A stretch of DNA of 64,000 bases, taken from positions 253,465 through 317,464 of IMG/VR virus record IMGVR_UViG_3300028888_000047; one strand, 5' to 3'. This DNA comes from a virus (lineage: Duplodnaviria; Caudoviricetes). The notes under the pieces were generated by a model. It searched no databases. It was given only the letters and a program-made list of their open reading frames with translations, and was not told the origin of the DNA. Position numbers and translations under genes: made by a program. Shown here in pieces: positions 1 through 9,426 of the stretch; within the stretch, counting starts at the first letter, position 1, and every line of letters begins with the position of its first letter.

Positions 1-343
1 CTTTAGCATCTTGCCAAGACGAACCATCGCCCTTTGCATTGGAATGAACTGAAACTAACAAAACGTTTGCTGCGCCTTCCTTGTTACAAATAGTATTGAT
101 TCTTCTTATTCTTTCAGCTAATGAAGCATCAGCTTCTTCTGGAACAACAAGTCTTGCGTCATATCCCATAGAGATAAGTTTATTAACAACTAAATGAGAT
201 ATTACTCTATTATATTTCCATTCACGGAACCTACCACCATTGGTGAACTCAGAACCAATTTTTATAGAACTATCAAGTTTGGGGCTGTATTTTCCGTTTT
301 GCTCTGTATTACAACCGTGTCCGTTATCAATTAGTATTATCAT
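1..343 (-). CDS. N-acetylmuramoyl-L-alanine amidase (Amidase_3), partial; runs off the window edge; probable endolysin
   Basis: Not in the ORF track. Manual translation from ATG at 343: MIILIDNGHG...GRFREWKYNR...DASLAERIRRINTIC...LLVSVHSNA. It has the Zn-binding DxGHG, E and SxHxNA motifs of Amidase_3, Bacteroidales style. Confidence 0.9.
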   Translation of the reverse strand, partial: MIILIDNGHGCNTEQNGKYSPKLDSSIKIGSEFTNGGRFREWKYNRVISHLVVNKLISMGYDARLVVPEEADASLAERIRRINTICNKEGAANVLLVSVHSNAKGDGSSWQDAK

Positions 344-352
344 TTTCAAGTC

Positions 353-1555
353 TTAATTATTGATTTCTTCTATTGTTACATTATCATTACTCAATTCTAT
401 ATCTCCACAACCACACGCAGTACTATTTGTAACTGTTACTCTAATTTTAATTGAGTCACAAGTTTGTTCACAAGTATTACATGTAAAGGAAACATTTACA
501 TAAGTAGAACCGGTCGCAATACCGGTGATTGTAATAGTATCACTATTAATTGTTGAAGACGCTATAGAACCATCACTTGACCTAACACGTGTATCAGTAA
601 TACAAGAGCCCGACTCATTTATTGTTACTGTTCTGCTTTCACCAACAGGTATAGATATTTCAGCCCTATCTAACTTCAAAGTATTACAATCACATTCAAT
701 AGGAGGATTAGGGTTAGCTGCTTGCGTCACACTTAATATTTTACTGGTGCAAGGCTGAGCATTAAAATATGGAGTAATTGTAATATCGTTAAGTTCTCCT
801 GTTTGATTTGGTTTATAACTTATAAAGAATCTATTACCATTTTTACCATAATTCATTAAATCCCCATCAACTACAAAATTATATGAATTTGCACATTCAT
901 TATCAAACGTGTAAACATAATGACTTGATGATTCATTGTAAGGTATTGGAGTAAAAATAGATGGATTATAAACTTTTTCTATATAATCACAGCCACATGT
1001 TGCTCTTTTCCCTTCTTGCTTAACTATAAATTCTTTAGAACATTCTGTGCTTGTTCCTTGTATAATACCACGAACACGTAGTCTTACTTCTCTATCCTCC
1101 GGGTCTACATTTTCTTCAAAGGTAGCAACAGGGTTTCCGTTAGAATTTAGGCCAATATCATCTACCCAATCAGGTAACGTTCCACCTACAGGATTTTCAC
1201 GCCTTTCAATGAGGCAGCTCGGCCAATTAACTGTTAATAACTGAGTAGGTGTACTATAGCCTTTAGATGGTACTGTAACAATATTAGTACTTAGAGTTAA
1301 ATAATCGCAACTACAGCCAACTGGCTTACATCTTGTTACCGAAACTGATTGAGTTTTTGATACTTCTGAACATACAAATGTTACTGTACCATTTAAATCC
1401 GTTTCTGTTGAAGTTGTCGCCTCATCTGCTGTTATTATAATATTCATATTTCCTGAACCGCTATTTATTTCATGTTGCCTATCGTTTCTATTATAAACAT
1501 GAATCCAATTTTTATTTTTACTAACGGTCCAATTTAAGTTTCTAACTTCTGCCAT
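353..1555 (-). CDS. Multi-Ig/BACON-like, Cys-rich virion (fibre/adhesin) protein
   Basis: Start moved to MAEVRNL (ATG 1555) because the longer ORF overlaps the + strand gene and its promoter. BACON-like patterns (LNWTVS..NWI, ENxxxExRxxx..VKQ), an Ig/Big_2-like C-terminal domain, and four CxC linkers. Confidence 0.65.
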   Translation of the reverse strand: MAEVRNLNWTVSKNKNWIHVYNRNDRQHEINSGSGNMNIIITADEATTSTETDLNGTVTFVCSEVSKTQSVSVTRCKPVGCSCDYLTLSTNIVTVPSKGYSTPTQLLTVNWPSCLIERRENPVGGTLPDWVDDIGLNSNGNPVATFEENVDPEDREVRLRVRGIIQGTSTECSKEFIVKQEGKRATCGCDYIEKVYNPSIFTPIPYNESSSHYVYTFDNECANSYNFVVDGDLMNYGKNGNRFFISYKPNQTGELNDITITPYFNAQPCTSKILSVTQAANPNPPIECDCNTLKLDRAEISIPVGESRTVTINESGSCITDTRVRSSDGSIASSTINSDTITITGIATGSTYVNVSFTCNTCEQTCDSIKIRVTVTNSTACGCGDIELSNDNVTIEEINN

Positions 1556-1575
1556 ATCTTTAAAAACAATTTTAT

Positions 1576-1584
1576 TATAAATAT
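1576..1584 (-). promoter_or_regulatory. Putative phage late-promoter motif ATATTTATA
   Basis: About 20 nt upstream of the 1555 start. The same motif recurs before other operon heads (see findings). Confidence 0.5.
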
Positions 1585-1603
1585 TTCCGTGTTTTATATT
1601 TTT

Positions 1604-1615
1604 TTTGTATATTTG
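1604..1615 (+). promoter_or_regulatory. Bacteroidota sigma-A-type (early) promoter, -7 element TATATTTG
   Basis: TTTGTATATTTG, 20 nt upstream of ATG 1635; matches TAnnTTTG. Confidence 0.7.
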
Positions 1616-1634
1616 TAATAAAATAAAAAATATT

Positions 1635-2459
1635 ATGATTAAATGCATTATACACTTAGCTGATGTACATATTAGACCATTCGTCAGATTGGAAGAGTAC
1701 ACGGTTAAATTGAACGAATTAAACAAAAAAATAGAAGAAGAAATTAAAGGTTTAGAACATGATGAAGTTAGAATTGTAATATCTGGTGATATAGTTCATT
1801 CTAAAAATAGTATAAGTAATGAATTAATAGCCTTCGTATCATCTTGGATTAGACAATTGGAACAATTTGGAAAAGTAATTGTGATAAGTGGTAATCACGA
1901 CCTAATGGTTGGGAATATGTCTCGTGTTGATACGTTAACAGCAATATTTACAGCAGCACAATTTAACAATTCATTTCACCTTGATGAAATGTTAGGGTAT
2001 GATAGTGGGATTGTGCCTGATGAGAATGTATGTTGGGCATTATATTCAATATTTGCTGATTATAAAAAGCCTAATATAGAACAAGCAAAAAAAGATTTTA
2101 CAAATAATACAATTATAGGTCTGTATCATGGGACAATAGTTGGTGCAACACTAAATAATGGCACAATTATAGATAGTGGAGTTACTGGTGATGTTTTTGA
2201 AGGATGCGACTTTGTGGCAGCGGGAGATATACATAAAAGGCAAGAAATAAAAAGAGGAAATGTTAAAATTGTTTATCCTGGTTCATTAATTCAACAAACA
2301 TTTGGCGAAACGATTACACAGCATGGATTTGTTGTGTGGAATTTGGAAGATAAAACTCATAAATTTGTTGACTTATCAAATGATTATGCCCTCTATGATT
2401 TCGAAATAAAATCAGTAGAGGACATAGAAAATGATAAAGAAACATTAATCAATTACTAA
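1635..2459 (+). CDS. Calcineurin-like metallophosphoesterase, Mre11/SbcD/T4 gp47-like nuclease subunit
   Basis: Motifs HLADVH, SGDIVH, GNHD, LYHG, GDIH and YPGSLIQQ. Start set at ATG 1635, downstream of the promoter. Confidence 0.85.
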   Translation: MIKCIIHLADVHIRPFVRLEEYTVKLNELNKKIEEEIKGLEHDEVRIVISGDIVHSKNSISNELIAFVSSWIRQLEQFGKVIVISGNHDLMVGNMSRVDTLTAIFTAAQFNNSFHLDEMLGYDSGIVPDENVCWALYSIFADYKKPNIEQAKKDFTNNTIIGLYHGTIVGATLNNGTIIDSGVTGDVFEGCDFVAAGDIHKRQEIKRGNVKIVYPGSLIQQTFGETITQHGFVVWNLEDKTHKFVDLSNDYALYDFEIKSVEDIENDKETLINY

Positions 2460-2946
2460 ATATAACATTTATTAAATCTTCTTTGCATAAAGATGGTATT
2501 ATCCTTAAACTTCCCTTTCCGGTAGTCGGGGATACTACCATCAAATTGTCACCATTAATAAAATATGAAACATTAGAGTCGCTATCTATTTCCCATCCGC
2601 CAAAGCAGAATATGTTTATAATAAACTCCTCATTTGGCTGTTTATATTTTAGGAATATGGTTTTTTTCCCATTACATATTTCGTAACTAGGGTTTGTTGA
2701 AACATAGCAATTGTTTGAATAATAAACATCTAATGTGTATTGCCTGCAATAGCCATCACCATATGAAAAATGAACCACACCTTCGGCGGTAATCTCATCA
2801 ATAGGTATGTTAACATCTATTACACTTGAGCCACTTCCATTGTAAGAAGATAATGTGAAATTACCTTCCGCTTTACAAGACCAATACGTATTGGAGTCTA
2901 TTTCTATTGTATATCCGCTAGTTGTTATTGCACTAAATTGTTTCAT
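2449..2946 (-). CDS. BACON-like Ig domain protein
   Basis: IDSNTYW...FTLSSYNGSGSSVIDVNI pattern typical of BACON; last gene of the tail/baseplate run. Confidence 0.55.
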   Translation of the reverse strand: MKQFSAITTSGYTIEIDSNTYWSCKAEGNFTLSSYNGSGSSVIDVNIPIDEITAEGVVHFSYGDGYCRQYTLDVYYSNNCYVSTNPSYEICNGKKTIFLKYKQPNEEFIINIFCFGGWEIDSDSNVSYFINGDNLMVVSPTTGKGSLRIIPSLCKEDLINVIFSN

Positions 2947-2952
2947 AATTAT

Positions 2953-3918
2953 TTAGGTAATTATAAATTCTATTTCTTCTACGCCACCTTTTTCAGCGTC
3001 ATGATATTCGGTTTCTGTTAAAATTAGTTTAACTGTTGTCGGTTTTTCTTGTAACTTAAAAGAAACACCATTTAAATCTTTGCTTATAATTTCTGCCCCA
3101 ATTAAAGTAGAATCAAATGTACTATATACGTATAATGTTTTTATTTTATTACCACATTTTGATTTTTCAAACCAATTTGTGCAACTTACATAAGAAAGTT
3201 TTATATAATATACGTCTTCTCCAATAGTACTTGATGATGCTGTAAATGAACAGCTGCCTCCAGAACATGATAAGTTGTTAGAACTTGGTGTTAATGTACA
3301 CGATTTTGAGGATGATGATACTTTTGTAACTTCCAAATCTTCAATATGGTCAAATTGAGTTTCTGTATAACTTGTTATTTCTTGAACTGAAGTTACAGTC
3401 AATACTCCATTTTTTCCTTCTGAAGAATCAAAGGTAGCGTCTAAATAATTGCCTTTTACAATAATTGTATAAGTGTTATTGGCTTGAAACTTTGTATTTA
3501 CTTTAGGCTCTACCATTTTATAATCACTTTCTTTCAAAGGTATTATTCCCACTTCAGCACCATTTTCATCGTATTTTTTCAAATATACATTTAATGATTG
3601 AATAAGTTTATCATAAGAAATATCACATTCTGACATTTGCACATCGTCAACCCAAAGTTCATATGTATATTTTGTTTTATCTTGTTTTAAACAAACAACG
3701 TCATACAAATCAGTTCCCTTTTGCCTAAAAATGGCGTGGCCGTTTCTAGGTGAAAAATATATATTTTCATCTGCTATTATTTTTATATATTGTCTATTAT
3801 CATCCAATGTTTCACAAGATTTTCCATCTTGAGAAACGGTTACCCCGGGCTGATTTTTGTCAAAATAAGCCCAAGGAGCATCATATATTATAGCGTTCCA
3901 ACCTAGTCTTTCTTCCAT
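2953..3918 (-). CDS. BACON-containing tail-associated protein
   Basis: PW...IKIIADEN...RNGHAIFRQ...VCLKQ (BACON-like); beta-rich; Cys-containing. Confidence 0.5.
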   Translation of the reverse strand: MEERLGWNAIIYDAPWAYFDKNQPGVTVSQDGKSCETLDDNRQYIKIIADENIYFSPRNGHAIFRQKGTDLYDVVCLKQDKTKYTYELWVDDVQMSECDISYDKLIQSLNVYLKKYDENGAEVGIIPLKESDYKMVEPKVNTKFQANNTYTIIVKGNYLDATFDSSEGKNGVLTVTSVQEITSYTETQFDHIEDLEVTKVSSSSKSCTLTPSSNNLSCSGGSCSFTASSSTIGEDVYYIKLSYVSCTNWFEKSKCGNKIKTLYVYSTFDSTLIGAEIISKDLNGVSFKLQEKPTTVKLILTETEYHDAEKGGVEEIEFIIT

Positions 3919-3931
3919 TTTTTAATATTGT

Positions 3932-6900
3932 TTAGCAAATACCAGTTTCAGTAGTTCCCCATTGTTCTGGATTTTTAGTTGTATATTTTACACTACAAAT
4001 AATATTAGATGGTATTACTTGAGTTAAATAAGGTAATATTATAGAGTCTATATATTTTGTTTCTTCAAGCCACTCTTTTGAATACTCTTGTTTGTTTTTT
4101 ATGAAAAATTCTATTTCAACTCTTTTAGTGTTAACTATCTGATATGTACTACTGTCATCAATAGTACTACCATCATTTTCATATTTAAGATTATTTATGA
4201 CAACTTTATTACCAAGTGAATCGTCTATGATGGCTTTTCTTACTATATTTCCATAAATTTGGTCATATTTTTCGAAACATGATAACTTTGTTCTATCGTA
4301 TCCAAGTTTTAAAACATCTCCAAAATAATGGCATTTATTATCTTCTTTTAAATATTCATCATAATTTGTTTTGCAAACATCATTATCTATAATATTATCA
4401 AAAGCAAATTCCCTAGCATCATCCAAATATTTTAAATCATCATCTGTATATTTTCTATAGTCTATTAAATCATTGTCTATGACGTGCTTAAAAGGCTTTT
4501 GCAAATATGTTAAATATTCATGCCCATTATCATACTTCATATTACCCATATGTGGATTATTACCCTCACTATTATCAACAATACTATTTAATATGTAATA
4601 TTCAAACTCATCATCTTTTATTTGTTGCCAACCCAAAGAACTAAGTTCATTATTGAAGTCTGTGTTATTTAATCTAAAATAATTAGTGTAGTTGCCGCCT
4701 TTCATATATTTTCCGTTTTCAAAAACGGTAAATGTACTAATAGATGAATTTGTAGAATATGCGTCAATATAGTATTCTCCATTAGAATCCTTCAGCACAT
4801 ACACTTTAATTTCAGTATTGTAATAATAATTTTCTGTAAGGTTAATCCTTTGTTTTTTATTGTCAAAATATGGATTACTTATAACAACATAATCATCAAA
4901 TACTGCGTTTCCGATTGTTAAATAACCGTCGTTTGTGGTTACATATATGAATGTATCTCCTTCTTCATCATTATCAGTTAACTCATTAAACAATGGGTAT
5001 AAAATACCATCTATAACAGCATATCTACCCGATAAATCGGTAACCTGACAAATAATGCCATTTTGTGTTGCCAAAGATGTATCTGATAATAATTCTTGTA
5101 AAGAGCCAACAGACTTTATGTTTTTGATTGTTTCCGTAAACAATGGCATATTGTCATATGAATCAGACTCCATTAATATGTTGTTATTAGAATCAAACAT
5201 AAATGGTTTTTTTTGCAGCCACCCACCATTCATTTGATAATAAGGGTTTCCATCATATTTATCATACGAATTAAAGCAAGGATATAAATATCTTATATCA
5301 TTTCCATTAAGTGTTTTTGTAACTGATGTAACAGGCAAGCCTTGATAAGGCTCATATTCGCCAAAAGAATTGTATGAAATTAATTTAGTAGAATTCACCC
5401 AATCTAATTTGTACATATTCTTAGATGGTAGCCATTCATCAATTTTACCGGATGTAAATAAAGTATATTCCTTTACTTCATAGTCATATAAATCACACAA
5501 ATTGTTTTTATAGTTGTTATAATACTTTTCTCCTTCTTTGGTTAATGACAAACAATCTCCTTGTGTTAAATCTTTTTGGTTTGTAAAATATTTTTCATTG
5601 GTGTAAATATTATTTTTACTTTTTAAACCAAATAACGATAATAACATTTCTATACCTTCAACGGTTCCTTTATGCCTAAATATGCTTGGTGAATTTAATG
5701 AAAGTATTTTTAAAAACTCGTTATTAACATCAGCAAACGTATATTCATGTTCATCACTATATATTTTTATTAATTCACCAAAATCATTATGATAACCATT
5801 AGCAACATATTCACCTTGACCATCTGCTATTGCAGTTACATCTACTTCTTTATCATCATTACATGAATATACAGTATTAGTATCTACACTAAACTCAGTT
5901 ATACCACCAGTTTCGTCAGGGTTACACTTGCTATAGTTAGTTTGTTTTATTGTTGTTATATTTGAGTTTGAATAAGGAAAAACGCTATCGCTCATTTGAG
6001 AAAAAGTTCTAACTATTTCCATTTTATTTCTTGATGCTGTTTCATCAGAATCATAGAAATAGTTTAACTTTTCTGCTTCTTCTGTGCTAATTTCATGACC
6101 TTCTTCATCATATTTTTTACGAAAATACCCATCAATATCAATTGATACGCTTTCAAATCCTTTTATATATTCATTTAACTCAAACGGCTGTATTAAAGAA
6201 ATATCCCAACCTTGTTCTTCTAATTTATCCGTTAAAAAATAATCAGGTAAATTATTAACATTGTCGTAACTTATAACGTTTAAATCATCTATTGCTTCTA
6301 TATAGGTTTTAACCTCATCAAATTCTCTGCCAAACAACCTTATGGCTTTTTGAAATTTTGTTCCTGCCTCTAAATAAGGCTCTTCTTCTCCTGGTGTATA
6401 ATGCCTTGTATATGTCCAATCAAAATTTTTAATAGCCTCGTGAGTCATAGAACGCCACAAGTTATCTGTGAATTTTTCATCATAAAATTCTCCAACTTCT
6501 GACAATTCTTTTATGTAATCATTAAACAATTGATTATTAGACCCTATATTATAACCGCCATATGTAGTTGGAAAAGTAAATTGCCTAATGTATGTGTATA
6601 AGCCATAATCATTAGAATTAACTAATTCAAATGTGGCTGTATATATAGGATTAGTACCCCTGTTAAGTAAAACTTTTTCAAAGGGTTCTAAATTTTCAAA
6701 ATAAGCATCAATTATTTCTTCTTTTGGGCGAATTCTAATAGTAAAATTATTATAATTGTCTTCAACAAAATATTTTATTTCGTTGTTATTACCCATGAAT
6801 AGATAAATGTCAAGTTTACGCTCCAACTCGTCTTTTAATTTTGAGTCAATATTCGTATCATTTCCATTGTATTCTCCACGACTATTTTTGTCAGATTCAA

Positions 6901-8506
6901 AAACTAATTGTCTTGCGTCATCACAACAAATGCCGGTAGGATTTCCTTCAGCATCCCTCAATAAACCCGGTTCAGTTTTAAAATATGGTTCTTTTTTATG
7001 AAAAGATAAAGAAACCTTTCCAATATATTTTCCCGGTTCCGCACAACTTATAAAGCACTCTAATGACTCATCAAAACGTTGTGTTGCTTCTAAATAAACT
7101 GAAATTTCAGAATCGCAAGAAGATGAGTTTTTGGTGGCTTTAACGCTACCACTCATTCCATCTGTACTATCACAACATTCTAATGTATTATTAAACGAAA
7201 CAAGGAAGTTAGAATCTTCACGTTCATCTCTATCCACATTTACATTAAATTTTGTTTCGACTGGTACACTATCTGTTCCGCCTAGTCCATCAAATTTAAT
7301 TTCATCTATTACAACTGAAAATTCGTGCTCTTTATCTATTTTCCATTCTGAATCAATATCATGCTTTATGTAAGCAACGTAGTTATCTACGCCTCCATTA
7401 GCAAAGAATTTCAATGGGTCTGCGCCATCTTCAACAAATTTATTATGTATATTAATTCCAAATGGATTATCTATCAACGCAAAAGATTTTGCTGATATTA
7501 TATTACCATGTTTGTCTGTTATATATTTAAACTCTCTTGTATATGGTATACCCTTTTCTAATTCTTCTAACTCTTGGTTGGTCAATGGGTCAAGTAATGC
7601 TATGGTATTAGCAGTAATAGCACCTTCTCCAGCAACAGCTACAACACTAACTTCAGTTTCTAATCCACATTGTTCTGGTTCTTTTTTTATAACGTTGAAA
7701 GTACTATTTTCACAACTTGATGCAACAGAATGCGTCTTTTCATTTTCAAATGAAGTGTAATACCCTTTAATGCCTGAATTAATAACCACATATCCATTTT
7801 CACCGAACACAGCTTTAGCTGCGTCTTCTGTATATTGCACGCTTTCTACATTTTCGAATGTTTGTTCTGCTTCCAAATATGCATCAATTGTATTATAGCA
7901 CGAAGACTCGCTTTTTGTCGCCTCTATTGTGCCATTCATTCCATTTGTCTCATCATAGCAATCACTGGTGTCTATAAAACTCGCTTCAAATATTTTTTCT
8001 TCCCCTTTACTTTCGCCTTCTATTGTTACATTAAAATCTGAGCTTATAATAGTGCCGTTTTTACTCACATACAATTTTTCATATGGAACAAATAGTTCTC
8101 CTGGGAATGTTTTAATAATGTTATTAATGCATACCCTAATCAATTCAGCGCATGAGCCATAATAAGCAAAATCACGAAGGTCTTTATAGTCTTTTTTAAC
8201 TATGATTTTTTCATCATGGGATGATTTTTCATCCTTTTCGTAATTTTCAAGAACGTTTAAATCCCATATTTCTCCATCAATATTTTTATACCATTTGTTT
8301 TCAGATGTTTTATTATGACTACTATTATCATCATTTACAGTCATAACAAAATTACCACTTCTGTAAATAGGAACTTGACCCCTGGCGAATTGGTCTCTTC
8401 CGCCAATGGTAGTAATATCCCTTTCAAAAATAGCACCATCAGTTGTGTTCTGATGCTTTGATTTTAAAACATAGTTACTATGTGATTTAATGTACTTGTT
8501 GGCCAT
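3932..8506 (-). CDS. Large baseplate wedge/tail protein (gp7/P2-gpI-like motif)
   Basis: 1524 aa; FRHKGTVEGIEMLLSLFG resembles the KGT motif of P2 gpI/T4 gp7-type wedge proteins; internal duplicated segments. Confidence 0.55.
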   Translation of the reverse strand: MANKYIKSHSNYVLKSKHQNTTDGAIFERDITTIGGRDQFARGQVPIYRSGNFVMTVNDDNSSHNKTSENKWYKNIDGEIWDLNVLENYEKDEKSSHDEKIIVKKDYKDLRDFAYYGSCAELIRVCINNIIKTFPGELFVPYEKLYVSKNGTIISSDFNVTIEGESKGEEKIFEASFIDTSDCYDETNGMNGTIEATKSESSCYNTIDAYLEAEQTFENVESVQYTEDAAKAVFGENGYVVINSGIKGYYTSFENEKTHSVASSCENSTFNVIKKEPEQCGLETEVSVVAVAGEGAITANTIALLDPLTNQELEELEKGIPYTREFKYITDKHGNIISAKSFALIDNPFGINIHNKFVEDGADPLKFFANGGVDNYVAYIKHDIDSEWKIDKEHEFSVVIDEIKFDGLGGTDSVPVETKFNVNVDRDEREDSNFLVSFNNTLECCDSTDGMSGSVKATKNSSSCDSEISVYLEATQRFDESLECFISCAEPGKYIGKVSLSFHKKEPYFKTEPGLLRDAEGNPTGICCDDARQLVFESDKNSRGEYNGNDTNIDSKLKDELERKLDIYLFMGNNNEIKYFVEDNYNNFTIRIRPKEEIIDAYFENLEPFEKVLLNRGTNPIYTATFELVNSNDYGLYTYIRQFTFPTTYGGYNIGSNNQLFNDYIKELSEVGEFYDEKFTDNLWRSMTHEAIKNFDWTYTRHYTPGEEEPYLEAGTKFQKAIRLFGREFDEVKTYIEAIDDLNVISYDNVNNLPDYFLTDKLEEQGWDISLIQPFELNEYIKGFESVSIDIDGYFRKKYDEEGHEISTEEAEKLNYFYDSDETASRNKMEIVRTFSQMSDSVFPYSNSNITTIKQTNYSKCNPDETGGITEFSVDTNTVYSCNDDKEVDVTAIADGQGEYVANGYHNDFGELIKIYSDEHEYTFADVNNEFLKILSLNSPSIFRHKGTVEGIEMLLSLFGLKSKNNIYTNEKYFTNQKDLTQGDCLSLTKEGEKYYNNYKNNLCDLYDYEVKEYTLFTSGKIDEWLPSKNMYKLDWVNSTKLISYNSFGEYEPYQGLPVTSVTKTLNGNDIRYLYPCFNSYDKYDGNPYYQMNGGWLQKKPFMFDSNNNILMESDSYDNMPLFTETIKNIKSVGSLQELLSDTSLATQNGIICQVTDLSGRYAVIDGILYPLFNELTDNDEEGDTFIYVTTNDGYLTIGNAVFDDYVVISNPYFDNKKQRINLTENYYYNTEIKVYVLKDSNGEYYIDAYSTNSSISTFTVFENGKYMKGGNYTNYFRLNNTDFNNELSSLGWQQIKDDEFEYYILNSIVDNSEGNNPHMGNMKYDNGHEYLTYLQKPFKHVIDNDLIDYRKYTDDDLKYLDDAREFAFDNIIDNDVCKTNYDEYLKEDNKCHYFGDVLKLGYDRTKLSCFEKYDQIYGNIVRKAIIDDSLGNKVVINNLKYENDGSTIDDSSTYQIVNTKRVEIEFFIKNKQEYSKEWLEETKYIDSIILPYLTQVIPSNIICSVKYTTKNPEQWGTTETGIC

Positions 8507-8511
8507 GTCAA

Positions 8512-9411
8512 TTAAACTTTATCTTCTAATGTTTGACTATAATCTATAGATGTATTTTTATTCTTTTTTACTTCATAAACAGGTTGACCTGTTGCGCTAT
8601 CTTTTAATGTATAATGCTCAGATTGATGATATATTTGATTATTTTCATCAAATGTTGTAACCAAGCCATTATCAATATCTCTGAGTTGTGAGCCTTCAAG
8701 CATATATGCCATTGTGTTTAAATCATGTTCTGTCATTTCAATATCAAGCATAACAGGTTCAAATAATGTGTTTACAAATAATATTCTCTGTGTTGGCTTT
8801 CCTATATAAGGAGAAGCGCTTGATTTAAAACTAGGAGCCAATGAAGGTGTCAAAGTTAAAAATGATAAACTTGAACTTTCGTTATACCTATACGTATATG
8901 ACTTATTACTTGAATCGTTAGACGTTTGTATAATTGGTTCACACTTATTGTTACTAGTTACTAACCTATAATAATCAGTTCTTTTACCGTCATCGTCTAA
9001 ATAAATTATTCTATACCCAACAAGAGAATTATTGGTTGTTAATTTGCTTTTTAATTCTATATTTGCGTTGCCATCCAATATAATTCCTCTAATATTAGGG
9101 AAAGCTGTAAGTGTGCTAACATCTGATATGATAGCAGGTATTTCTTTTGGCTTAATATAAACTGTATAAAACCCTTTCCTATTAAAATATTGTAATGGTA
9201 ACTTTAAATTATATAATCCCTCTAAAACATTATCTGTTGCGCCACTTTCACCATTATAAATGACATCACTTAATATAGATGATGGTAATTTGGTAAAAAC
9301 AGAACTCTCTACGCTATCACTATTTCTTGTTTCGTGATAAGCGTAAAATATATCAACATCGTTACTTGTTATTCTTGAAGGAATCGTTGTTCCATATACA
9401 CCTTGTGACAT
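8512..9411 (-). CDS. Putative virion structural (baseplate) protein
   Basis: 299 aa, tightly packed in the baseplate operon; no catalytic motif recognised. Confidence 0.45.
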   Translation of the reverse strand: MSQGVYGTTIPSRITSNDVDIFYAYHETRNSDSVESSVFTKLPSSILSDVIYNGESGATDNVLEGLYNLKLPLQYFNRKGFYTVYIKPKEIPAIISDVSTLTAFPNIRGIILDGNANIELKSKLTTNNSLVGYRIIYLDDDGKRTDYYRLVTSNNKCEPIIQTSNDSSNKSYTYRYNESSSLSFLTLTPSLAPSFKSSASPYIGKPTQRILFVNTLFEPVMLDIEMTEHDLNTMAYMLEGSQLRDIDNGLVTTFDENNQIYHQSEHYTLKDSATGQPVYEVKKNKNTSIDYSQTLEDKV

Positions 9412-9426
9412 ATTGTAATTTATTCT

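Noticed and set aside
1556-1726. N-terminal extensions given in the ORF track (353-1726, 1605 start, 38126 start, 42013 start, 63315 start)
   Set aside because: They run through promoters or overlap neighbouring genes; downstream ATGs fit better.
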